Source: Candidatus Hodarchaeota archaeon (GTDB lineage: Archaea > Asgardarchaeota > Heimdallarchaeia > Hodarchaeales > Hodarchaeaceae). From it: a stretch of 64,000 nt of DNA. The position numbers and the translations under genes are program-made. The notes below the pieces were generated by a model that saw only the letters and a list, made by a program, of their open reading frames with translations, was not told the origin of the DNA and searched no databases. The stretch covers positions 1 through 64,000 of the forward strand of contig JAEOTM010000032.1 in NCBI GenBank assembly GCA_016839815.1, written 5' to 3'. Every line of letters starts with the position of its first letter. The stretch's first letter is position 1. Below, piece after piece: positions 56,663 to 64,000 of the stretch.

Positions 56663-57442
56663 TCATATAGTCAACTTATCAGTCTCTGCTAGTGATTTTA
56701 ATCTCTCAGACATAAATATTAGAGCATCTTGTAATAATGATTCGTTATTAAATTGGTTTAATCGTTCAGTAAGTTCAGCTTTTGATAAATTTGAAAGTTT
56801 TTTAGCAAAATCGATCATCTCGGGAACTGCACGGATTATATTATTGGTGATTGAAACATTTGCAGTGAGGGAAGTTCGAGATAATGGATTAAGATCTACA
56901 GTTACAACATTCTTACCTAAGTGTCTTAATGCCTGAGTGCGATCTCCATCCTCTAATGGTACAAAAACACAATCTGAGATTGCTATTCCACGAGTATCCA
57001 CAATACGTCTCAAATGAGAAATTTCGTCTATGGTTTCTTGAAATTCTGGATCAAGACCTAATATCTTTTCAGCTCCAGCACCAATAAGTTTAGTTTTAAT
57101 TGCCTGTTCTCTTTCTTGCGATCGATAAAACAGATTAATTTCGAGGGGAGCACGGAGAAGTTTCCCTAAAGCCACAATCTCCTCCGGACACATGGCTGCA
57201 ACATTTCCGTTGACAGAAATAACAGGTTTCTTAGCTGCAAGCATTTTCAGAACTGCAAATTCCTCCTGTTTTAATGCAAACTCGGGAGTAACCTCACCTA
57301 GAATATAGTCAAATGCCTCTCCTCTCCCATGAGCAATAAGTCCTGCCTCTGCAACTACTTTTTGATGCATTCCACTTATTATAGCTTCTCGAACGGTTAA
57401 CGATAAGTATCTTGGATGATCTTTGGGAATTTCATGGTTCAT
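56663..57442 (-). CDS. pps: 4-phosphopantoate--beta-alanine ligase (archaeal PPS)
   Basis: IPKDHPRY.SL..RE, GLIAHGRGEAFDY, SVNGN, VPLEDGDR, DLNPLSRT. Confidence 0.95.
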   Translation of the reverse strand: MNHEIPKDHPRYLSLTVREAIISGMHQKVVAEAGLIAHGRGEAFDYILGEVTPEFALKQEEFAVLKMLAAKKPVISVNGNVAAMCPEEIVALGKLLRAPLEINLFYRSQEREQAIKTKLIGAGAEKILGLDPEFQETIDEISHLRRIVDTRGIAISDCVFVPLEDGDRTQALRHLGKNVVTVDLNPLSRTSLTANVSITNNIIRAVPEMIDFAKKLSNLSKAELTERLNQFNNESLLQDALIFMSERLKSLAETDKLTI

Positions 57443-57444
57443 AA

Positions 57445-58329
57445 TTAATTTAATCTCCTTACAGTCTGTTCACATATCTCTTCAGGTTGAATTGTACCAA
57501 ATGGTAACTGGACATCACTTAATTCATCAGAATTTGTATAAAATATGAACAATGCATCTCCTAACATTATTTGGGCCCCAATTATTTGCGTAGGAAGACT
57601 CTCCAAAATTGTTTGAAGTTGTGGGGAACATAATTGAACTCTATGTGTAAATTCTTTCACAGAATGTATGAATGTAGTAAAGTCTGGATTTTTAATCAGA
57701 TTTGCGATTAATTCAGAGCTGGTACGATTAATTATTTCCCGCTTTCTGGGATTAGATAGCACGGATGAGGTGGAAAGAGGCCCTAAAGATACTGTAGCAA
57801 CTTTCCAATCATCATTCTTTATCATGTTAATCGTTTCACCGTAACCAGGAGCTCCCCCTCTAATACGAATCTCCAATCCCCCCTGGAATAAGCCAATTAC
57901 ATCCCCCAAACCGGATTTTGTAAGTACCTCAGCTTTGTGAGCAACTTGAAATAGCTCGAGATCACTTAATCCAAGGTTAAAGAATTCATTAATACAGAAC
58001 GCCGTTCCTAATGCTCCAGCTGCTGAAGCTCCGAAACCACTACTAAGTGGAATTTCAAACTGATGATGAATCTCAAAATTCCATTGTTTACTCTCTGGAA
58101 GTAGTAATTTAATCGTTTTTTGGGTAATCAAAGTGCGAGATGCTGGCTGAGGGACGTCATCAAAGTGAACAACAACTGTCGATTTGTCAGTTTTCTGAAT
58201 AGAAGTTTTTACTCCTCTTTGAATGGAAAAACCAGCCCCTCTTGACCCAATTTCAAGCAAGCTATCATACTGATCGTTTATTTCGAAAAGACCTGTTAGA
58301 TGAGCAGCAACCCAAAATTCCGTTTTCAT
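57445..58329 (-). CDS. pok: Pantoate kinase (GHMP family, archaeal PoK)
   Basis: HLTGLF, GSRGAG, PLSSGFGASAA, AHKAEV..SGLGDV, R..GAPG, MLG. Confidence 0.92.
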   Translation of the reverse strand: MKTEFWVAAHLTGLFEINDQYDSLLEIGSRGAGFSIQRGVKTSIQKTDKSTVVVHFDDVPQPASRTLITQKTIKLLLPESKQWNFEIHHQFEIPLSSGFGASAAGALGTAFCINEFFNLGLSDLELFQVAHKAEVLTKSGLGDVIGLFQGGLEIRIRGGAPGYGETINMIKNDDWKVATVSLGPLSTSSVLSNPRKREIINRTSSELIANLIKNPDFTTFIHSVKEFTHRVQLCSPQLQTILESLPTQIIGAQIMLGDALFIFYTNSDELSDVQLPFGTIQPEEICEQTVRRLN

Positions 58330-58341
58330 TGCTACATTAAC

Positions 58342-59274
58342 TCAACTTATTAGTATTTTCTTTTCTTTTGTTTCAAGATGACGAATTACTTCTGTAATCG
58401 CCATATTAACAGGTGCTTTCATTCCATGAACTCGACTTTCTGTAGTAATATATCCGTTCATAAATTCAATCTCTGTACGACGTCCTCGCTCGATATCCTG
58501 AAGCATACTACATTTATTATCCTTTGTTTTATTAATCACTTCTTTTATAAATTCAGGAGAAGTAGAAAAATCTTCATCTGGAAGAAGCTGATTAGCTAGA
58601 GCTATTCCTTCTTTAAGAATCGCGTTAAAAATCCGTACAAAAGAAGGCCGTTTTAGAATCTCTCCATTCTTTGCATGAAGAATCGTACCAAGTGGACAGA
58701 TAGCAGCATTAGCAAGGAGCTTATACCACATTTTTAACTGAATATTTTGAGTTTCTTTTATATTGAAACCTGATGAGGATAGTATTTGCTCAACTTGGCT
58801 ACTAAATCCATTTCCTTTACCTGATACAATTCCGAAAGAAGTCTTTCCAAAAGCAACATGCTTCACAACTGCTGGTTGAAGGTGTTCTGCTGCCTCTGTA
58901 GTAACAGCACGATAAATTGGATTTTCCGGAAAATTTTCCTTGAATATGGTTTCATTTCCCATTCCATTCTGAATAATGAATATGGGTGTTTCTTTATTGA
59001 TCCGATTAGATAGCGAACTTGCTACAGTATGATTATCGTATGCTTTAGTTGTGACAAATAACGCGTCGGATTTTTGTTGTGTAGGATTATATTCGGTATT
59101 TGCAGGTAAGAACGAAACAATGTTTGATTCATCCTCTAAAATCGTGAGGCCTTTTTCTTGAATTTTGTTGACGTGATCTTTTCGTCCAACTACATCTACA
59201 TCAAAACCCGAATAAGCAACTCTACCAGCAAATAATGAACCGATACTTCCTGCTCCAATAACGGATATATTCAT
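58342..59274 (-). CDS. panE: 2-dehydropantoate 2-reductase
   Basis: GAGSIG, TKAY, QNGMG, W.KL..N, SMLQD..RRTEI..NG. Confidence 0.94.
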   Translation of the reverse strand: MNISVIGAGSIGSLFAGRVAYSGFDVDVVGRKDHVNKIQEKGLTILEDESNIVSFLPANTEYNPTQQKSDALFVTTKAYDNHTVASSLSNRINKETPIFIIQNGMGNETIFKENFPENPIYRAVTTEAAEHLQPAVVKHVAFGKTSFGIVSGKGNGFSSQVEQILSSSGFNIKETQNIQLKMWYKLLANAAICPLGTILHAKNGEILKRPSFVRIFNAILKEGIALANQLLPDEDFSTSPEFIKEVINKTKDNKCSMLQDIERGRRTEIEFMNGYITTESRVHGMKAPVNMAITEVIRHLETKEKKILIS

Positions 59275-60524
59275 TATGATGCCTTCCTCTTAGTGATTTC
59301 GACCGAAATTAGATTTACTAGCTCATTCCCGAGTGTTTCCTTGGATCCTTTCAATTCAAGAATCGCTTGTTGGTCACGAATTACAAATAATTCGTTCGAT
59401 TTCGTCATAAATCCCTTATCTGGTTCTCCTACCCAGTTTGCACAGACAATATCAACATTATTCTCTTTTAGATACTGAGTTGCCTTTGAAACCAACTCTT
59501 GTTCAGCAATTCCAACTTCAGCCTTAAAGGCAACAATAAATAAGGAGGGAAACTCTTTTTTTATTGCTTTAACAATCTTAATTGTGGGTTTAAGCTCAAT
59601 CGACATGTCTTCTTGGAGAGAAGGAATTTTCCCCTTTTGATAATTTGGTTGGTAATCCGAAATTGCAGCAACTGATATTAGCCCATCAACTCCCCCTTTT
59701 GATATCTGATCTCTGATATATTTATACATATCAGCAGTAGAGCGAACAATCGTTACTGATGGTATATCGAGATCTGTTTGTATCGTATTTCCTTCTCCCA
59801 AAACATATTTAACCTCAGCACCATTTTTCTGAAGCGCTCTCGCTATATACAGAGATGATAACCCACTTGAGGGATTGGAAAGGAATCTAACATCATCTAG
59901 ATACTCCCGAGTAGCTCCTCCAGTTACAATAAACTTGGTACCTTCTAAAGGACGAGAATGACTAAGTATTTTAATGATTTGATCCATCAGTAAATTTAGG
60001 GAAGGAAACTTATACTTTTTTTCTTCCTCCTCACTTGTCAGGAATTGTACACCTAACTGTTTGAGAAAATTCATACTTTTCTGGGTTATAGGATTGTCGA
60101 GTAAGACGCTATGGGCTGCAGGTACAACAATACAAGGAATTTTTGCTCCAATACACGCTAATGCAGTTAGAGGAACTGGACCGTCAGCAACTCCTGAAGC
60201 CAACTTAGAAATCGTATTTGCTGTAGCTGGGCACAGTAAATATAGATCTACTTTTTCCTCTGGATCTACACTCCATTTAATATGCTCCGATAGCCCGGAA
60301 ATCTCCGTATAAGGCGGTTCTCCCATTGACCAAGTTAATGCATCAGCAGTAACAAATCTCGAAGCTTCTTTAGATAGAACAACAAATGGTTTACCCGAAT
60401 AACGCAGAATTTCTCTTACTAAATGTGGAAGTTCGATTGCTGCGATAGAACCGGTAACACCGATTAGGATCCGCTTACCCTCTAGTAACTTACCTTTAGT
60501 TCCATAAATTTCGGCGATACTCAT
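59274..60524 (-). CDS. coaBC: Bifunctional phosphopantothenoylcysteine decarboxylase/synthetase
   Basis: GVTGSIAA, EH, PATANTISK, TGGATRE.LDDVRFLSNPSSG, AAISDY, FKAE. Confidence 0.95.
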   Translation of the reverse strand: MSIAEIYGTKGKLLEGKRILIGVTGSIAAIELPHLVREILRYSGKPFVVLSKEASRFVTADALTWSMGEPPYTEISGLSEHIKWSVDPEEKVDLYLLCPATANTISKLASGVADGPVPLTALACIGAKIPCIVVPAAHSVLLDNPITQKSMNFLKQLGVQFLTSEEEEKKYKFPSLNLLMDQIIKILSHSRPLEGTKFIVTGGATREYLDDVRFLSNPSSGLSSLYIARALQKNGAEVKYVLGEGNTIQTDLDIPSVTIVRSTADMYKYIRDQISKGGVDGLISVAAISDYQPNYQKGKIPSLQEDMSIELKPTIKIVKAIKKEFPSLFIVAFKAEVGIAEQELVSKATQYLKENNVDIVCANWVGEPDKGFMTKSNELFVIRDQQAILELKGSKETLGNELVNLISVEITKRKAS

Positions 60525-60837
60525 TATAATAGGATCCTATCGTAATTTCGATTTCCTTCGGGTTCTAATGAAAATTTATCAACATTTTCTTTTAAGAATC
60601 AGGGTTATGCATGGAAAATATGAATATACAAAATATACTTGGATTCTGTCACAACGTATCTACAATTTAACATCTCAATAATGACGAGTTTTCGTCCAAA
60701 GAATAAAGCTAGGAGAGATGACTTTTTCTTACTAATTTCTCTCAACTAAGGGTGAAAGCTCATAAGTCCCATTTATTGACCGTTTTCTGAAAAGGAGTAG
60801 AAAAATAAATCTCACTTTCTTTATAGTTCTTAATGAG

Positions 60838-61677
60838 ATGAGTTTAATGGCCTTACTTCAATTTATTGGAGACAATATTATTACAGATCCATTCCAAGCA
60901 ATATTTGCAATCATTTTTTCATTTTTTGTAGGCATATTATCCTCTGCATTAGGCGTTGGAGGGGGATTCATAACTACTCCATCTTTAATGATCGCAGACA
61001 TTGAAGAAACTCATGCTATTGGTACAGTACTTTTTATGATTATTTTTACTGCTATTTCATCAACTATTGCTTATTCACGACAATCTGGATTAATTGAATA
61101 CCGTTCAGGATTATTAATTGCTACAACTACAATAATAGGATCTATTTCAGGGAGTATTACTAGTTCCATACTTGCTGTTGAGGATCCACAATTATTCCGC
61201 ATCGTTTTCGTACTATGTTTAATACCAATAGCTATAAAAATGATTCTTTATCCAAAAGAAAGAAGGAGAGGAGCATCGTCTGAAGAAGAAATCGAACACG
61301 ATGATGTGGTCTGGTATGGATATGAAAAACGAGAGATTTATTCCACTGTGTTCGGTTTAGTGGCAGGGTTCTCATCAGGATTGTTAGGTATAGGTGGGGG
61401 AGTTGTTATGGTTCCTATACTTGTAACACTGGGAAAAATACCAATGCATAAAGCAGTAGCAACATCGATGTTCATAATGATTTTCACAAGCCTTGCAGGA
61501 GCAGGGGTAAAAATCACCCAAGGATATTTTCATCCAGATCTGGCTTTATTTCTCATCATTGGTATTGTTCTAGGAGCACAAGTAGGTGCTAGGCTTGTGA
61601 AACGGGTTAATACGATTCATTTACAACGAATTTTTGGATTCATGATGATAATTGCCCTTATTTCCATAGTTCTATGA
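60838..61677 (+). CDS. TauE/SafE (TSUP) family exporter
   Basis: Two repeats LGVGGG..P and LGIGGG..VP; A.GT and AVATS. Confidence 0.9.
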   Translation: MSLMALLQFIGDNIITDPFQAIFAIIFSFFVGILSSALGVGGGFITTPSLMIADIEETHAIGTVLFMIIFTAISSTIAYSRQSGLIEYRSGLLIATTTIIGSISGSITSSILAVEDPQLFRIVFVLCLIPIAIKMILYPKERRRGASSEEEIEHDDVVWYGYEKREIYSTVFGLVAGFSSGLLGIGGGVVMVPILVTLGKIPMHKAVATSMFIMIFTSLAGAGVKITQGYFHPDLALFLIIGIVLGAQVGARLVKRVNTIHLQRIFGFMMIIALISIVL

Positions 61678-61891
61678 GATAATTACCTCATCACGTTACA
61701 ATAAAGGTACATTTCTCATTATCTGCAGAAAATAGCCCAACTCTTGAAGTTCTAAAAGCCTATGAATATAAAGCTTCATTGTATACTCTAGATGGGAACA
61801 GAGTAAATCCGTATGTGATATGCTTCTCGATAAAACCGTTACATCTAGCAAACTTAAAGCAAACAATTCCTCGGTATATAGGTGTTATTAA

Positions 61892-62278
61892 ATGAAGGGT
61901 GACTCTATTTTAGTAGTGGATGATGAAGAGGATACTGTGGAATTAGCTAGAATGGTTTTAGAATTTGAGGGCTATCGGGTGTTTTCCGCTAATAATGGCC
62001 AAGAAGCTATCGATTTTTTGAAGGCAGAGAAAGAAAAACCAAATCTAGTTTTACTAGATGTACTCATGCCAAAAATGGATGGATTAAAAGTCTGTAAGTG
62101 GATAAAAGAAAATCCTGAGCTAAACAAAATTCCAGTTCTATTATTTACTGCAAAAGTAGGCAATAAAGACCGCAAAGAGGGGGAAAAAGTAGGTGCAGAT
62201 GCTTACATCGCAAAACCTTTCAGTGCTGACGACTTATTAAGCCTGATTCAGACGCATCTTGATAAGGCAAAATCATAG
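61892..62278 (+). CDS. Stand-alone response regulator receiver (CheY-like)
   Basis: VVDDE, LLDVLMP.MDG, FTA, GAD.YI.KPF. Confidence 0.95.
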   Translation: MKGDSILVVDDEEDTVELARMVLEFEGYRVFSANNGQEAIDFLKAEKEKPNLVLLDVLMPKMDGLKVCKWIKENPELNKIPVLLFTAKVGNKDRKEGEKVGADAYIAKPFSADDLLSLIQTHLDKAKS

Positions 62279-62295
62279 ACCTTATTCAGTTAAAA

Positions 62296-62619
62296 TTACT
62301 GAATGTTTCTAATATACATGGTGGAAGAGGGAAAGAATTTCGTGACAGATTGAAGAAATTCATTAGTTTCATATTTCACGTGGAAAGTTAATTGCAGGGC
62401 CCCTGCTTCATGAATATAGTAAAAATGGATAAGAATACTTGAGGGTTGTTTCTTTTCAAGAAAACGAAAGCGGAATTTCAGTGCAACTGGATGATTCAAT
62501 ATTTTTAGGAAATCGTCTTCAAAATAACTCAAAAATAACGTATCAGGAGTCTGTTGATAGCCTGTTAGAAGATGAATACCTTCAGGCAGATACATTAAGA
62601 AGGCATCCAAGGTAGTCAA
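62296..62619 (-). CDS. Hypothetical protein, possibly a divergent NuoC/EchD-like fold
   Basis: C-terminal LQSVTKFFPSSTMYIR resembles the NuoC-type 'SI..FP.A..YERE' segment; abuts the FAH gene. Confidence 0.45.
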   Translation of the reverse strand: MTTLDAFLMYLPEGIHLLTGYQQTPDTLFLSYFEDDFLKILNHPVALKFRFRFLEKKQPSSILIHFYYIHEAGALQLTFHVKYETNEFLQSVTKFFPSSTMYIRNIQ

Positions 62620-63414
62620 TCAATCAACTCCTACCGTCAAGGTTCCTATTTTTTCTATAGTAGCCTGTAGAATATCTCCGTGTTCAAATTTAGCTACTCC
62701 CTCTGGAGTTCCAGTTGCAATCACATCCCCAGGTTCAAGTGTAATTATACTACTACAATATTCTATGATTCGATCAATTTTATGAATCATACTCTGTGTA
62801 TTTCCATCTTGTCGTATTTCACTATTTACCTTGAGTCTAATAGAAAGCGAATGAGGGTCGTGGATTTCGTCAGAAGTGACTACTACAGGACCTAAAGGAC
62901 AAAATGTATCAAAGCCCTTTGCAACAAACCAAGGATGCCCTTTTTCCTTTGCTTTTGATTGAATATCTCTTGCTGTAATATCCAATAAGATTGTATATCC
63001 GAAAATATGCTCTTTTGCTCTTTCCTTTGTTATATTTTTTCCTTGTTTTCCGATAATTACAGCTAATTCAATCTCATGGTGCACTTCCTGAGTTTGTTCT
63101 GGAATGATAATATTGTCACCAGGTCCTATTACTGAAGAGGGAGGTTTCAAAAACAATGGGGGAAAAGGAGGTAGTTTACTTGGATCAATTCCCATTTCTA
63201 TAGCATGGGCTGAATAATTTCTAGCTAGGCATATAATTTTCACGGGAGTAAATGGTAACTGTAATTTCGGGGCATCAGTAAGGAGTAAACTTCCTGTTTT
63301 TTCTAACAGTCGGGGATCTGAAATCAACGGTAATATACTATTCAAAGTTGGATATTTTCTAATTTCATTATCTTTCCACACTACTACTGACCCTTCGCTC
63401 AATCCAACCTTCAT
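62620..63414 (-). CDS. Fumarylacetoacetate hydrolase family protein
   Basis: KIICLARNY..H, FLKP, HHEIEL, DITARD, KGFDTFCPLGP, TGTPEG. Confidence 0.95.
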   Translation of the reverse strand: MKVGLSEGSVVVWKDNEIRKYPTLNSILPLISDPRLLEKTGSLLLTDAPKLQLPFTPVKIICLARNYSAHAIEMGIDPSKLPPFPPLFLKPPSSVIGPGDNIIIPEQTQEVHHEIELAVIIGKQGKNITKERAKEHIFGYTILLDITARDIQSKAKEKGHPWFVAKGFDTFCPLGPVVVTSDEIHDPHSLSIRLKVNSEIRQDGNTQSMIHKIDRIIEYCSSIITLEPGDVIATGTPEGVAKFEHGDILQATIEKIGTLTVGVD

Positions 63415-63627
63415 AAAGTATCCTTCTGTTCATTCTAAACCTATTAGCTCTAAAATATTGTGAGTTAAACTTGAAATAATTAACTGCAATTTAATCCTGT
63501 CGATTGAAAAGTAATATGTAACTCATCCGGTTTTTCGGGAAAATAAAACAAGAAATCAATTAAAGAGCTTCCAAAACTAGTTCTATCAAGATAAAGTCTT
63601 TTGTGATAGCTTAAGTCAGGTGAAAAA

Positions 63628-64000
63628 ATGAAAGTTTTGGTTACTGGAGGAGGTGGCTTTGTAGGCAGTCATTTGATAGAAGAATTGCTTATTCAAGGTA
63701 ATGAAATCGTCTGTTTAGATAATTTCACTACAGGAAAAACCAGAAATCTAAAATCCTTTGAAGAAAGAATCACACTTATTGAAGGTGATATCTTAAATCC
63801 TAATGATATAAAAACCGCTCTTAAGGATGTGGAATCAGTATATCATCTAGCAGCACAGATTTCTGTATCTCATTCTGTCCGCGATCCACTCTACGACGCA
63901 TCAATAAATATCAATGGATTTATTAACATACTTAATGCGATCCTTAATAGGTCTGTGAAAAGAATTGTCTATGTAAGTACTGGAGGGGCAATATATGGGG
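63628..64000 (+). CDS. NAD-dependent epimerase/dehydratase (GalE-like), truncated by the window edge
   Basis: Not in the track. MKVLVTGGGGFVGSHL..LDNFTTG..GDI..YHLAAQISV..S..DP..N..G..STGGAIYG; AGGTGA Shine-Dalgarno. Confidence 0.93.
   Translation, partial: MKVLVTGGGGFVGSHLIEELLIQGNEIVCLDNFTTGKTRNLKSFEERITLIEGDILNPNDIKTALKDVESVYHLAAQISVSHSVRDPLYDASININGFINILNAILNRSVKRIVYVSTGGAIYG

Noticed and set aside
59274-60524. CoaBC lacks the bacterial PAMN and LACG catalytic-Cys clamp motifs
   Set aside because: Archaeal CoaBC proteins commonly lack this Cys motif; not evidence of inactivation.
62610-62630. In-frame TGA between the FAH gene and the next ORF (possible selenocysteine)
   Set aside because: The FAH domain ends at its normal position, the TGA does not align with a catalytic Cys, and I saw no SECIS-like element.
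4090-62895. Numerous 60-140 aa antisense or overlapping ORFs in the track (e.g. 4090, 6802, 21907, 28821, 35831, 43123, 53297)
   Set aside because: They are shadows of well-supported genes on the opposite strand or frame and have no motifs.
1-64000. CRISPR arrays, tRNA/rRNA genes, transposases, integrases, defence systems
   Set aside because: None recognised by eye. A tRNAscan/Infernal run would be needed to exclude small RNAs formally.

Overview
A gene-dense, AT-rich archaeal chromosome segment. It most likely comes from an Asgard archaeon (probably Heimdallarchaeia/Hodarchaeales-like; inferred from gene content, not from a phylogeny). The evidence is two Rab-like GTPases, an Arf/Sar1-like GTPase, three longin-domain proteins, a strongly eukaryote-like AsnRS, archaeal PoK/PPS CoA biosynthesis and PGF-type C-terminal sorting signals. 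I found no rRNA, tRNA, CRISPR array or transposase. About 60 CDS are present, including two edge-truncated genes missing from the ORF track (a secreted Kelch protein at the left edge, an NAD-dependent epimerase at the right) and a glycosyltransferase whose real 5' end lies 49 codons upstream of the track call. The leading candidate for an undescribed system is a longin-linked membrane-signalling toolkit: an MFS transporter fused to a cytoplasmic longin domain (possible transceptor), a nearby Rab plus longin-roadblock operon with a divergent wHTH gene and operator-like palindrome, and an Arf/Sar1-like GTPase-longin fusion. Other highlights are a HEAT plus tandem winged-helix protein resembling UFL1/DDRGK1, an HTH-coiled coil-polyproline-Zn-ribbon scaffold, an oapABC/arvABC operon, an isopentenyl-phosphate kinase-metallo-beta-lactamase fusion, and a ~975-bp tandem duplication of a surface-protein gene with visible breakpoints. 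All family calls are by eye from motifs and need HMM or structure confirmation.
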